Origin: an uncultured delta proteobacterium
GTDB lineage: Bacteria > Desulfobacterota > Desulfuromonadia > Desulfuromonadales > JACZKF01
Reading direction: 5' to 3'
Assembly: GCA_963816395.1 (NCBI GenBank)
Contig: CAWFKQ010000008.1
Coordinates: 32,001 to 96,000, forward strand
Length of the DNA: 64,000 nt
The notes below the pieces were generated by a model. The model made no database searches. It had not been told where the DNA came from and saw only the letters and a list, made by a program, of their open reading frames with translations. Shown in pieces: positions 29,543-41,691 of this stretch. The translations under genes and the position numbers were made by a program. Numbering within the stretch: position 1 is the stretch's first letter; each line of letters starts with the position of its first letter.

Positions 29543-31104
29543 CTAGAAATCGGCGCTCAGCTGGGCGGCGACGCGCGTCTCCTGCGGGATGTTATCCCCA
29601 TTGAACTCTTCCTTGGCGCCGGCGAAGGCGCCGGCGACATCGAAACGCACCGCCCAGAGGTTGAGCCCCAGGCCGGCGGTGTAGACCCAGCCGATATCAT
29701 CCTCGGCCAGGTTCTTGTAGGTGCCGGCGCGCAGGGCGAGGAAACGGAAGGCGTCCCATTCCAGACCGAAGGAGAGATTGCGGGTGTCATAGCCGCTGAA
29801 GGCGGTTTCGTTGCTGGTCAGGTCTAACGGCTTCCAGGGTCAGGATCGGGAAGGAATGAAAGCGACCCCGGCGGCAATCTGCGGCTGAGTTTGATTTCAT
29901 CGACAGCAAGGAACACGCTCTCGCCGTTGTTCAAGGAGGATGGTATCGGTGAAGCCGTCGAATTTGGGCGAGTTGAGGTTGCGGCCGACAACCCCCAGGT
30001 TGAAATAATGGAAGCGGGCCATCACCCCCAGGTCCAGACCGAAGGTTGTCGTTTCCTGGTATTTCTCGTCCGTCTCCTTGAGGATTTCGTCGGCGCTGTC
30101 GTCGAAGACCACGATCCGGTTGCCGTATACCCGGCCGCGCATCAGCTTGAGGTTGGCGCCGATCGCCAGGTGGTCGTTGATGGCATACCCATAGGAGAGA
30201 GGCACCTCGACCAGGCCGAAGCCGCTCAGCAGCACGGTGGTGGTATTCTGAGATCCAGGCTCGTCAGAGCCGAGCCCGAAGTGCCGATGGCGGTCTCCAG
30301 CAGGTCGACGGCGCCGGCCACATCTTCCGGCCTGATCCCTTCCTGGGCGGCGATGAAGTCGAGCCGCTTGACCGCCTCGATGGCATTCGGGTCGGCTGCA
30401 CCACCCAGGGCGCTCACCAGTTGGTTGGCCTGATCGGTCGAGAATACCTGGTATTGATAACCCGCACTGGCGAAGGCAGGATCCATCTCGACCGCTACGA
30501 TTTCGTTCCCCAGTTGGGCGGCGGAAATATCGAAGCCCAGATGTTGCTCATCCAGGTCCGTCACCCGGCCGTTGGCCTGCAGGTAGCCGCGGGAGCCAAT
30601 GGCGAAATGGCCGACGCGAATCCCCAGTCCGGCCGTGGCATCGGCGGTCACCGCATTGCCCGAGTCGGCGATCCCATCCAGGCTGCTGACCAGATTGATC
30701 AGGTCCGCCAGATCGGACTGGCTGGAAACCCCCTGGCTGAGCTGGTTCGGATCGATGTCGCTCAATTCATCCAGGTAGCTGCCGAACTGGTTGTGCAGGC
30801 GGTAGCCCAGTGAAGCATTGAGGTCTACTCCCCAATTCTTCCGGCCGATGTTGTTGTTGTCGCAGATGAGGCGGCCGCCATCGGCGTTGCGGCAGCCGAA
30901 GAAGCCGAAAGCCGCCGGGTTGTAATACTGGGCGGTGGTGTCGCTGACCGAAGCGACATTGGCTCCCCCCATCCCCATCGCCCGCGGCCCGGCGAAAAAA
31001 GTGTCGAACGCCGCCGCCGGCAGAACGGAAAGGAAGAAAAACGGAACAATAAGAGCCGGGATCCTCTTCAGCCCCCTGAAAAACCGATGCTTCTGCATAG
31101 CCAC
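29543..31104 (-). CDS. TraF-family (TraF_2-like) outer membrane beta-barrel protein (frameshifts near 30240, 29920 and 29830)
   Basis: Signal peptide, GPRAMGMGGANVA...YYNPAAFG, VPLSYGYA, GRNLNSPKF, ALRAGTYKNLA, C-terminal Phe (QLSADF*). Confidence 0.75.
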
Positions 31105-31349
31105 TCCTTACAAGAAAAATTTCCAACCAGGACTCGGTGTCAAAAACCGGTCACCAAATAAATTAATCCGCTGGATTAATGCAGTTTATGTGGCTGATGT
31201 GGCGGTGAAATTCGGTTGGATCTGGAGGGAAGGTGCTGCCGACCAGAGAAGCCTTTTCGCGGCAGGGCAGGCAAATAAAGTCTTTCGGCCATTTAGCCGG
31301 TAGAAAGCGTTCGCAGGTTGTCGTGGGCACAGGGGGAAGGGCGGGAAGC

Positions 31350-34300
31350 TCAGATCCCCAGCTCCACCCGTGGCACCGCCTGCGGGCTGTCGTCCATTTC
31401 CGGCGCGCAGACGGCCAGGCGATCCTGATCAATGCCGAGGCCGATCAGGGCATCCTGGACCGCCGCGCTGCGCCGGCGGGCCAGATCCAGGGCTTTTCCC
31501 AGTTCCTGCTGTTTCGCCTTCTGCACATCTGTCGACTGGTGCTGGCCGCCCGTGTCCTTCGGCGCCGGCAGCGCCTGGAGATCCGCCGGCACCGCTACCC
31601 CGCATACGGTCAGGGTCACGCTGGGCCGGTGTCCCAGACGTTTGGCCGTTTCCTGCAGGTATTTCCGGCCTTGCGGCGACAGCTGCGCCTGCCCGGGGGA
31701 GAACTCGACAGGCTTGAAGCGGAGATGGAAAATCCGGTGGAAGAGCAGCTTCCCGCCAAGGGTGGCGACCGCGCCGAGGGGGGAAAAATAGCCCAGAACA
31801 GTGCTGCGGACCCCCTTCAAAAAGGCCTTGCGGATGATTCCCGATAGGCCGATGTGGGGGTTCTGCAGGTCGCCGGTAACCGGAAAGGTGAGCTGGATGA
31901 CGCCGTGCCGATCGCGCAGCATGGAAAGGCCGGCATTCAGGGGGAAGCCGAGTTCCTGGGTTGCGGCCGATTTCTCTTCGGAGGTGAGGGGCTTGAGGTC
32001 GAGCTTGACCAGCTTCAACGTGGCTTTGGTGTCGAGCTGCCCCTGGCGGATGCGGACATCGGCGTGCAGGTCGAGGATGCCGCTCTGCACTTTGTAGCCG
32101 ATGAAGCGTTCCGGATAGGCGCTTACATCAGGGAGGCTGAAGTCCTTCAATTCAAGCCGCAGGTCCGTAGTCGGCTGGGCGGCGAAAGGCTGAACCGTGC
32201 CGTTGAGTTTAAGGGTGGTGTACTTGCCGATCCGGCCGTCGATCTTCACCGGGCTCGGCTGTCCCGGAGCCGCGCTGTCGATTGCGGAGGCCCGGGCCGC
32301 CAGGGCCAGGTTCATGCGGACTACTGGGAAGACGCTGCGATCGATGAAGGTCAGTCTGGTCGGACCATCCAACCTGAAGTTCTTGATGTTGAAAGCGTAG
32401 GTCTGGCCGGCCGCCGCCGTGTTGCTGCGGCTTTTTCTCCGTCCCGCTGCCCAGCAATACAAGGATCTGCAGCTTACCGTCGTGCTGGCGGAGTACCCGG
32501 GCTTTCAGCCCGTTGAGGCGCATGCCGGCAACTTCGACCTGCCGGGGCTTGGGCATAGCGAATTGCTCGACAACCAGTTCCGCCGCCGAGATCAGGTGCT
32601 CCGGCGACTTGGCGCCCCTGCTTCTTCCCGGCGGGGGGCGCCAGGGCTCGCAGCCCCGTCGCCCGCACCCGCTCCACGGTAATCTGCTCCGGCCCCTGAA
32701 TCCTGGCGCCGGTGATTTCCAGCGTGGGCAGCCGTGCCAGGTTGAGCTTTTTCGCCGGATTGTCCACCTGCAGATCATGCAGGGCCGCCTTCCCCTCCAG
32801 GAGGAATTTCGCCCCGGCCGGCACTGCACTGCTGCCGGAGGCGAAATTCTCCTCCACCTGCAGCTGGCGCAGCCGAATATCCAGGGTGGGGGTGGCGATC
32901 TGCAGGGGGCCGGCATGCAGCTTGCCACGGGCGGCAAGAGCGGGCTGGCCCGTTTTTTCTCTCGTCATCCGCAGAGTGCCGTTCCATCCCAGGTTGACCT
33001 CCGGCAGGCGGATCTGTCCGGCCGTGCCGCGAAATTTTCTGACTCCGGCGGCCCCGGCGTACTCCATCTGCAGGTGCTGGTCGGCCGGGCGGTAATGCAG
33101 CCCGAGATCACCGTTCAGGTCGAGCAGCCCGGCTCCGGCCTGAAACTGGCCGGTCGGCAAATAGGGAAGGACCGGTGTCAGGGGAAAACCGGAGGTCTGC
33201 AGGTGGAGTTTCACCGCCGGCTCGGGGGCGAACGGCTCTCCCTGGCCGTGCAGGGAGAAGGCATGCCCCTGCATCTGCAGGTCGACACTGAAGACGGCGG
33301 GCTTGCCGCCGCCGCTGCTGTCCAGGTTTTCCAGGTGGGCGCGCAGCGGCGCCATCTCCAGCCGTGCCGTCGGTTGCAGGCTGCGATCGATGAGCAGCAG
33401 CTTTCCATCCCGCAGGTCGACCCGGCCGATGCGGAAAGCGACCTTCCGGCCGCGGCCGGCGTTCGGCTTTCCGGTTTTCGGCAGCCAGGGGCCCACATCG
33501 AGCCGCCCCTGCTCGTCGCGGGCGAGGTGAACCTCGAGCCCGTTCAGGGTGATCTGCCCGGCATTCACCTGCCCGCCGCTCACCCCTGTCCCCTCCGCCA
33601 GCAGTTCACGCCAGGCAAGAAAATGCAACGGTTTGTTTCCTCCGGGCGCCGGCTGCTCCAGGGCCTGCAGGCCGGTGGCCCGCAGCCGCTGTACGGTCAT
33701 CTGCTGCTGTCCCTGGAGATCGGCACCGGTCACTTCGAGGGCGGTCAGCCGGGCCAGGTTGAGCCCCTTCGCCAGATCGTCCACCAGCAGATTGCGGCCG
33801 GTGAGATCGGCCTGCAGGACAAAGGGTGCGGCGGCCGGCACTTTCGGGGTCCCCATGGCAAAAGCATGGCGGAAGGTGATTGCGGCGGCATGGACCCGCA
33901 GGGAGGGGGCGGCGAGCTGCAGGTCGATGGGCGCCGCCGTGAGGGTGCCGTCGGCCGTCACCAGGGGCGGTCGGTTGCTGCCCGCCGCCGACATCGCCAA
34001 TTTGCCCTGCCAGTTCAGGGAGGCCTGGCGGATGCGGGTCTCGGCCCGGGAAGCCTGCAGCTGGTCGGCCTGTAAGATTTCCCTCCAGAAAGAGCCGGAA
34101 GCGCTGCTCCGCCGGCTGATAGCGGCCGGTAATGTCCAGGTGAGTACTGAAGGTGCCTCCCTGCACGGCAAGCTGGTGCGGCTGCAGCCAGGGCTGCAGC
34201 CAAGGCAGGGGGAATTTCGTAATCAGCAGACGCGCATCCAGGGAGGGGTTGGCGGCGAAGGGACTCGCCTTCCCCTTCAGTTCGACAGGGCTGCCGGCGA

Positions 34301-34859
34301 TCTGCAGTCTGATGTCGAAACCGCCGGCGGCATCGGGATTCCACTGCTGCATGGAATCGACGTGCAGCGAAGCGATGTCGATGGTCCTGGTTTCCCCGCC
34401 GTTCAGCAGCAGCCGGACCTTCACATTCCGCAGGTCGATATCCTGGATGCCGACCTGCCAGGTGCTGCCGCCGCTGAGGTTGAATTTCAGACCCCCCACA
34501 TACCACGATTTGCCGGCCTGACGGACGGTCACCACCGCGTCGCGGATGTCGACCCTGTCGAGCATCAGGTGTTTTTTCCACAGCGGCCACCATTCGAGAA
34601 TCAGGGAGGCCCGCTCCAGCTTGATCCGGCCAGGCGCCCCTTGCCGTTCGGCGAGAAAGGTATGGATGACCAGCCTGCCGGCCAGGGGATTGAAATCGAT
34701 TCCCTCGATTTTCGCCGAGACCGGCCCCTGGGACTCCAGCCATTTTTCCAGACCGAGGCGCAGGGCTGACGGCAGAAGAAAAACCAGGGCGATTCCGAGT
34801 ATCAGCAGGGTGGCTGCCAGCCACAGCCAGAAACGGCGATGGGCAAGGCGTTCGGTCAT
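31350..34859 (-). CDS. Large DUF748-domain (AsmA-like) protein with C-terminal OmpA-like domain (frameshifts near 34070 and 32480)
   Basis: N-terminal TM, repeated beta-rich DUF748 segments, FPLNAGLSMLRDRHGVIQLTFPVTGDLQNP, LARRRSAAVQDALIGLGIDQDRL. Confidence 0.8.
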
Positions 34860-35070
34860 GGGGCAGGCCTCTCTTCCGTACTATCCCCGGGGGGTGTCGA
34901 AAAAGCAGGTACATGCTCATGTGTAGCACAAATTCCGTGGTTTTCCCCGCTTCCGCGAAGACTCCAATGACCACCTGTCGCCCCCGAACTCATTACACTT
35001 TTTTGACAACCCCGATTATGATGGTTAAATTGATCCGGACCTATATATTGGAACCTAATGGAGGAAATCG

Positions 35071-36459
35071 ATGCGAAACGTTCGTTGGTGGTTGGCTCCC
35101 CTGGCCCTGCTGCTGCAGTCGCTGTTCTTTCTCTCCCCGGCGGCTGCCCAGAATCCTCCCGACTTCGTCGCCATGGCCAAGCAGCTGAAGCCTTCGGTGG
35201 TCAATATCAGCACCACCAAAATGATCCAGCCGCGACGCCCGATGATGCCCGGTCCCCAGGGGCAGGACCAGCTTTTCCAGGATTTTTTTGAGCATTTCTT
35301 CGGCGGAATGCAGCAGGTGCCGCGCAAGGAACGCTCCCTCGGCTCCGGCTTCATCATTTCCAAGGACGGCTATATCCTCACCAATAATCACGTGGTGGAA
35401 GGGGCGGATGAGGTCAAGGTTACCCTGGACGATGGCCGTAACTTCGAGGCCAAGGTCAAGGGCCTCGATCCCAAGCTCGATGTCGCCCTGCTGAAGATCG
35501 ACGCGGGTGCCGATCTGCCGGCTGCCCAGTTGGGAGACAGCGCCAAGCTGCAGGTGGGCGAATGGGTCATGGCCATCGGCAACCCCTTCGGCCTGTCGGA
35601 GACGGTCACCGTCGGCATCGTCTCCGCCAAGGAGCGGGTGATCGGCGCCGGTCCTTATGACGACTTCATCCAGACCGATGCCTCCATCAACCCCGGCAAC
35701 TCGGGCGGCCCGCTGTTCGATACCGACGGCAAGGTGGTGGGGATCAATGCCGCCATTGTGTCGGGCGGGCAGGGAATCGGCTTCGCCATCCCGATCAATG
35801 CCGCCAAGCTGATCCTGCCGCAACTGCGGGAGACCGGGCATGTCACTCGCGGCTGGCTGGGGGTGGCGGTGCAGGAGCTGACTCCGGAGCTGGCCCAGTC
35901 CTTCGGCCTCAAGGAGGCGAAGGGCGCGCTGATCTCGGAGGTGATGGAGAATTCCCCGGCGGCCAAGGCAGGGCTGCAGCGCGGTGATATCATCCTCTCC
36001 TTCAACGGCAAGCCGGTCGAGAATGTATCCGACCTGCCGCGGATCGTCGCTTCAACGAAGGTGGGGGAGAAGGTGGATATGGAGATCTACCGCAACGGCA
36101 AGAAGATGGAGGTGCCGGTGACCGTGGGCAAGCTTCAGGAAGCGGAGGCGGGGGGTGAAAAAGCGACCGGCAACAGCGAAAGCCTGGGGCTGACCGTGAG
36201 TGACGTCACCCCCGATGCGCAGCGCTATTACCGTCTGGAGCGGACACAGGGCGCTCTGGTGACGGCGGTCGACCCGGCCGGGATGGCGTCGGAGGCGAAT
36301 ATCAAGCCTGGCGACCTGATCGTCGAAGTCAACGGCCAGGAAATCGCCAACGCCCAGGCCTTCCGCCAGGCCGTGCAGCAGGTGAAGCAGGGCTCGACGG
36401 TTCGCTTGCTGGTGCAGCGGGGGGAAAATCTTTTCTACACCACCCTGCCGAAAAAATAG
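35071..36459 (+). CDS. degP: Periplasmic serine protease Do/DegQ (HtrA family) with two PDZ domains
   Basis: GSGFIIS, TNNHVV, DVALLKI, QTDASINPGNSGGPL. Confidence 0.95.
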   Translation: MRNVRWWLAPLALLLQSLFFLSPAAAQNPPDFVAMAKQLKPSVVNISTTKMIQPRRPMMPGPQGQDQLFQDFFEHFFGGMQQVPRKERSLGSGFIISKDGYILTNNHVVEGADEVKVTLDDGRNFEAKVKGLDPKLDVALLKIDAGADLPAAQLGDSAKLQVGEWVMAIGNPFGLSETVTVGIVSAKERVIGAGPYDDFIQTDASINPGNSGGPLFDTDGKVVGINAAIVSGGQGIGFAIPINAAKLILPQLRETGHVTRGWLGVAVQELTPELAQSFGLKEAKGALISEVMENSPAAKAGLQRGDIILSFNGKPVENVSDLPRIVASTKVGEKVDMEIYRNGKKMEVPVTVGKLQEAEAGGEKATGNSESLGLTVSDVTPDAQRYYRLERTQGALVTAVDPAGMASEANIKPGDLIVEVNGQEIANAQAFRQAVQQVKQGSTVRLLVQRGENLFYTTLPKK

Positions 36460-36480
36460 GGAATTGCAGAGAAGATTTCC

Positions 36481-36514
36481 AGCCCCGGCGCAGGTTGCCG
36501 GGGCTTTGTTTTTG
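36481..36514 (+). terminator. Intrinsic terminator
   Basis: AGCCCCGGCG-CAGG-TTGCCGGGGCT followed by TTGTTTTT. Confidence 0.7.
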
Positions 36515-36566
36515 CAGGTTTTTGCAGGAAGTACGGTTCGGATCTCGTGCGGGGGGGGAAGGCAAA

Positions 36567-37355
36567 CTACTTTTTGTCCGGGCGGTTGGCGTAGAGCAGG
36601 AGTTTCTGATCGGTATAGCTCTCCACCTCCCCGGCGAAGGTTTCGATCTGGAAATAGTCGTGGATTTTGGCCGAGGACTGGATGAAGAAGTGGTTGAGCC
36701 GCTGAATCCCTTCCCGGTTCATCCCGGCGCGTCTGGCCCATTCCTGAAAATCGTGGGTTTTCGGGGAGATTTTTGTCGCCTGGACAATGAACCGGGCCTC
36801 CTCGCACATCCGGACCCACTCCTCGCGGGTATAGGCCTGCACGTGAGTGGGATCGCGCATTTTTTCCATGGTCTGGTAAAAGTCGGCGATTTCCGGATCA
36901 TCAGGCAATAGGGTGTCAATGATCACCATGCGCCCACCCCGCCGCAGCACCCGGTGGAATTCCCGCAAGGCCCGGGGCAGGTCGGGAAAATGGTGAGGCG
37001 CAACGCGGCAGGTCAGCAGGGTAAAGGCGCCGGCTGGGAAGGGGAGGTCTTCGGCATCGGCTTCGCGAAAGGTGACGTTCTCCACCTTGCCTTCCTCGCT
37101 GATGTACTCCTGCGCCTTCTTCAGCATCTGCATGGTCAGATCCGAGGCGACCACGCTGCGCACCAGGGGGGCGAAATAGAGGGCAGTATGACCGCCACCG
37201 CAGGCCACGTCGAGCAGGGTGTCTTCCGGGGTGGGCTGCAGCAGACGTGCTGCTTCGGCCAGGTCCTCTCCGCCGGCGAAACCGCTGCCGCGGACGTAAC
37301 CTTCGGCGGTGCGGCCGAACTGTTCCCTGACTCTATCCTTGAATTCCCTGGCCAT
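36567..37355 (-). CDS. Class I SAM-dependent methyltransferase (UbiE/YafE-like)
   Basis: LLDVACGGGHT, DAEDLPFP, CRVAPHHFPD, RDPTH. Confidence 0.9.
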   Translation of the reverse strand: MAREFKDRVREQFGRTAEGYVRGSGFAGGEDLAEAARLLQPTPEDTLLDVACGGGHTALYFAPLVRSVVASDLTMQMLKKAQEYISEEGKVENVTFREADAEDLPFPAGAFTLLTCRVAPHHFPDLPRALREFHRVLRRGGRMVIIDTLLPDDPEIADFYQTMEKMRDPTHVQAYTREEWVRMCEEARFIVQATKISPKTHDFQEWARRAGMNREGIQRLNHFFIQSSAKIHDYFQIETFAGEVESYTDQKLLLYANRPDKK

Positions 37356-37762
37356 CGGTTCTCCTGAAGTTACGAAAGTATAACACCGCAGTCGCTGTAA
37401 TGCTCGCTATCCGGGTGATCTTCTGCTAGCCGGTTTTCGGGCCGGAAAGGGTTCTTCCCGCCGTGCGGTCCTCTGCTTTTGGGGCGTGCCGATGGATGCC
37501 CCTGCGCAAAGCGCGAAAGACCGCTCGTTTCCACCAGAGCAGATGAATTGCGGGAGGATAACATGAAAAAAGTGCACTTGGGAAGAAACCGGTTACAGAA
37601 TTCATCCGCGAGCTTTCGGGCTACCTTCCCCTCGGTCCCTGCCAGCGGGGTTTCTCTCGGTTCCCGTCATGCGGTCGAGGCCGCCTTTTATGCCGCGCGC
37701 GGGTGCGCAAGGGGGCCGAGTTTGTTACAATGGAGCAGAGTTCTCTTGCATGAGTGAGCCCC

Positions 37763-39415
37763 ATGAATCCCGATCTCTCAGCCAATGCCCTGGTCGCCCT
37801 GGAGGCCCGCTACCTGCGCAAGGGAGAGCAGGGGCAGGTGATCGAGTCTCCCCAGGAGATGTTCCGCCGAGTGGCGCGGGCCGTGGCGGCGGCGGAGCGG
37901 CCGTTTACCGGCGAGCGGGGGGCGGCCGAAGCGGAGGAACGATTTTTCCAGATGCTCTCCTCCCTGCTTTTCCTCCCCAATTCCCCCACCCTGATGAACG
38001 CCGGCACCGACATCGGCCAACTCGCCGCCTGCTTCGTCCTGCCGGTGGGGGACTCCCTGTCCGAAATCTTCAATACCCTGCGCGACGCCGCCCTCATCCA
38101 CCAGAGCGGCGGCGGCACCGGCTTCTCCTTCTCTCGCCTGCGGCCGGCCGGCGACCAGGTGCGCAGCACCCGGGGGGTCTCCTCCGGTCCCGTCTCCTTC
38201 ATGCGGGTCTATGATGCCGCCACCGAGGCGATCAAGCAGGGGGGGACCCGGCGGGGAGCCAACATGGGAATCCTGCGGGTCGACCATCCGGATATCCTCT
38301 CCTTTATCCGCTGCAAGGACCGGGAAGGTGAACTGGCCAACTTCAACATCTCGGTGGCGGTGACTGATAATTTCATGAGCGCCCTGCGCCGCGGCGCGTA
38401 CTATCCCCTGGTCCATCCCCGTACCGGCGAGGAAGTCAACCGGCTGTCCGCCGCTGAGGTCTTCGCGGCGATTGCCGAACAGGCCTGGAAGAATGGCGAG
38501 CCGGGGCTCGTCTTCATCGACACGGTCAATGCCGAGCACCCCGCCTCGCACGTCGGACAGATCGAGGCGACCAACCCCTGCGGCGAGCAGCCGCTCCTGC
38601 CCTGGGAAGCCTGCAACCTGGGCTCCCTCAATCTCCGGCAGCTGGCCGACGAGCGCGGGCGGCTCGATTATCCGCGGCTGAAAGAAGCGGTGCACTGGGC
38701 GGTACGCTTTCTCGACGACGTCATCGAAGTCAACCACTATCCACTCCCCGCCATCGAGGCGATTACCCGGCGCAATCGCAAGATCGGTCTGGGGGTGATG
38801 GGCTTTGCCGACCTGCTGATCCTCCAGGGGGTGGTCTACGGTTCGCCGGCCGCCCTGATGGCGGCCGAGGAGGTGATGTCCTTCATCCGCCAGGAATCCG
38901 TAGCCGCCTCCGTGCAGTTGGCGAATGAGCGCGGCCCCTATCCGAACTGGCCCGGCAGCCCTCGGCAGCAGGCAGGGGGCGCTCCGATGCGCAATGCGAC
39001 GGTGAACACCATCGCCCCCACCGGCACCCTGAGCCTGATCGCCGGCGTCTCCAGCGGTATCGAGCCGATCTTCGCCTTTTCCTACGAACGGCACGTGCTG
39101 GGAACGGTGCTGCGTGAGAGCCATCCCTTTGATCGACGCGACCGCCGACCCGGCGAGGGACCGGACCCGGCGGTGCTGGTGACGGCGCGGGAGATCGCTC
39201 CCGAGTGGCATGTGCGGATGCAGGCGGCTTTCCAGAAGTACGTGGACAATGCGGTTTCGAAGACGATCAATTTTCCCGCCGAGGCGACGGTGGCGGAGAT
39301 CGAGGGCGCTTTCCTGCTGGCGCACGAGCTGGGGTGCAAGGGACTGACCGTCTACCGCGACCGCAGCCGGCGCAGTCAGGTGCTGAATGTGTGTGACAGC
39401 AAGTGCCCGCTGTAG
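37763..39415 (+). CDS. nrdJ: Adenosylcobalamin-dependent ribonucleotide reductase (class II), compact
   Basis: [62 protein letters not shown]. Confidence 0.93.
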   Translation: MNPDLSANALVALEARYLRKGEQGQVIESPQEMFRRVARAVAAAERPFTGERGAAEAEERFFQMLSSLLFLPNSPTLMNAGTDIGQLAACFVLPVGDSLSEIFNTLRDAALIHQSGGGTGFSFSRLRPAGDQVRSTRGVSSGPVSFMRVYDAATEAIKQGGTRRGANMGILRVDHPDILSFIRCKDREGELANFNISVAVTDNFMSALRRGAYYPLVHPRTGEEVNRLSAAEVFAAIAEQAWKNGEPGLVFIDTVNAEHPASHVGQIEATNPCGEQPLLPWEACNLGSLNLRQLADERGRLDYPRLKEAVHWAVRFLDDVIEVNHYPLPAIEAITRRNRKIGLGVMGFADLLILQGVVYGSPAALMAAEEVMSFIRQESVAASVQLANERGPYPNWPGSPRQQAGGAPMRNATVNTIAPTGTLSLIAGVSSGIEPIFAFSYERHVLGTVLRESHPFDRRDRRPGEGPDPAVLVTAREIAPEWHVRMQAAFQKYVDNAVSKTINFPAEATVAEIEGAFLLAHELGCKGLTVYRDRSRRSQVLNVCDSKCPL

Positions 39416-39452
39416 AAAGCAGAACCCGGGGGGGGGAAGGCATCGGGAAACG

Positions 39453-39482
39453 AAAGGGCGGCCGTCTGGCCGCCCTCTTTTT
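39453..39482. terminator. Intrinsic terminator between convergent genes
   Basis: AGGGCGGCC-GTCT-GGCCGCCCT-CTTTTT. Confidence 0.75.
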
Positions 39483-39544
39483 ACCCGCCGCAGATACCGG
39501 CGCATGACCGCTGCCGGACAAAGATTCTATTCGCCAACCGCCAT

Positions 39545-41549
39545 CTAGCCGGCGGCGACGCGAAACTGGTCGACTTCTTTCTTCAGGAGAATGATCTCGT
39601 CGCTGAGGGATTTCAGCAACCCGGCATTGCTCTGCACCTCCTGGGCGGTTTTCCCCGCGAGTTGCAGCAGGTCCTCGGTGGCGGTGATGATCTGTTGGTT
39701 GACCGCCTGCTGCTCCTGCGAGGCGCCGGTGATGTCTGCCGTTTTGCTATTGGCGATTTCGATGTTGTCGGCGATGAGTCGGGAGCTCCGCGCCTGCTCC
39801 TGGGTCGCTTTGAGGGTCATCTCCATGGCCTCGCGTACCGGACTCAGGTTCCGCAGGAGATAGGCGGTGCTCTTTTCCTGCTCATCGGTGGCCCGGTTCA
39901 CCTCCAGAATCCGCTCCCGGACCTGTTCCGTGGCCCGCACCACCAACTCCAGGCCCCGCGTCTGCTCCATGGAGGCGCGCTCGATCTTCAGCGACATCTC
40001 CGAAGCCCGCCGGGAAGATTCCAGGGTTTCCGAAAAAACCTCCGAAGTCCGTTTGACGGCGTCGTTGTTCTTCTCCACCACGGCCACCGCATCCCTGGCG
40101 CCGTTCACCACCCCCATGATTTCATCCTGAAGTTGGGCAACGATGCCGGCGATTTCCCTGGTCGAGGCCGAAGTGCGGTCGGATAGCTCGCGCATCTCAT
40201 CGGCCACCACGGCAAAGCTCTGGCCATGGCTTCCGGCCTGAGCCGCAATGATCTGGGCATTGAGGCTCAGCAGCTTGACCTGGTCGGTGACTTCGCTGAT
40301 CACCGCCAGCACCTGGCCGATGTCCTTGGAGCGCATTTCCATGCCGGCGATGGCGCCGGTCAGGGCAGTCATGAACGATTCGATGCTGCGCATGCTTGCC
40401 GATGCATTGGCGACGGCCGCCATCCCCTTCTCGGAAATGATATTGGTCGTCTCATCGCTGAGCCGCGTCGACTGCCGAACGATGCTCTCGACCTCCTTCA
40501 GATGAACTGAAAATCTCCTCGACGGAAGAGGAAGACTCCTCGATCGACCGGGTCACCCCTTCGGCCATCTGCGCCACCTGCTGGGCCGATTGCGTCAGCT
40601 GGGTGAGGGTGGTGAGGGAATTGTTGATATTGCCGCTGAGTTTCTCAGCTCCGCCGGCGATTTCCTCCGAGGTGGCGCGCATCTCCAGCAGGGCCGAGGC
40701 ATTGCCCTCAGAGAGGTTCAGCAGCTCGCCGGTCCCCTCGGCAATCCTCCGCTGCGCCTGGGAAACCGATTTGACCGAGGCCGCCACCTCGGCAATGGAG
40801 GTCTGCTGTTTTGTTACGACCTGGTTCACGGTGATCGAAAGTGGTATTGAGTTGGCGCATGACATCGGAGGCGTTCTGTGGAAATGGCATTGATCCGGGC
40901 GATGGTCTGGGCAAGCTTCTCCACCAGAAAGCTGATCCCCTGGGCAAAGACGCCGATATCATCATCCCGGAAGCGGGGCATGGCCGCCGTGAGATCTCCG
41001 GCAGTGACCTTGCCGATCACCCGGTTGATCTCCGCCACCGGTTTTCGAATATTGAAGTTCAGGAGAAGAATCAGGATGCCGGCAACCCCGACGAGCATCG
41101 CCAACTGCAAGGAAGGGATGACGAGCAGACTTTTTCTCATCCAGGCGTCGATAGTCCGACCGGCGTACTCGATTTTCAGCTCACCGAGGGAAGTATCTCC
41201 GAGGACGATCGGCTGGGAAATGACGAAAGTTTTCTTGGCCGATCGCTCCACCGATTTCTGGCTGATCGGATTCCCCTGGGCATCGAGCACCGCTGCCGAC
41301 AGCATGTCCTGGTCCTGGAGGGATTGTTCGAGGTAGGCGTCGATGAATGAGAAGTTGTAGTTCAGGATCGGCTCGGCGACGACCGCGGCGGTCTGGCCGG
41401 CCATGCGTTGCATCCTGCCGTGCAGATCCGCCAGCAGATTCGACTGGGTATAGCGCAGGAATAAAAAGGCCCCGAGCCCCTGGCCGACCAGGAGGACGAG
41501 AAGAAGAACGAGGATGAATTTGGCTGTAATCGATTTGCGTCAAACGCAT
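39545..41549 (-). CDS. Methyl-accepting chemotaxis protein: 2 TM, ~110-aa single Cache/PAS-like periplasmic domain, HAMP, long signalling domain (several frameshifts)
   Basis: LLSLNAQIIAAQAGSHGQSFAVVADEMRELS hairpin tip, HAMP (KVTAGDLT...DDIGVFA). TM1 rebuilt as SITAKFILVLLLVLLVGQGLGAFLFL. Confidence 0.9.
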
Positions 41550-41574
41550 AAATCTCCGATCGTTGATCCCATTC

Positions 41575-41647
41575 GCCGGTTCCGGAAAGCCGGGCCGGTT
41601 ACGGGAAGGCTCGGGAGCCCTTCCCGCTAACCGGCCTCATGGGATCA
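41575..41647. other. Long intergenic hairpin between the rhodanese gene and the MCP
   Basis: GGCCGGTTA-CGGGAAGG...CCTTCCCG-C-TAACCGGCC, flanked by GATCCCAT/ATGGGATC. Confidence 0.5.
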
Positions 41648-41691
41648 TCGGTATTGCAGTAGGGGGTAGCCGCCAGGAAAAGGAACCTGAG

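Noticed and set aside
29543..31104. Conjugative element suggested by TraF
   Set aside because: No other tra/trb genes, relaxase or integrase in the window.
37356..37762. Cobalamin riboswitch or NrdR box upstream of nrdJ
   Set aside because: Only a GCTGTAA fragment resembles the B12 element; no AGGGAA/GCCACTG/GGGAAG core and no NrdR-box match was seen.
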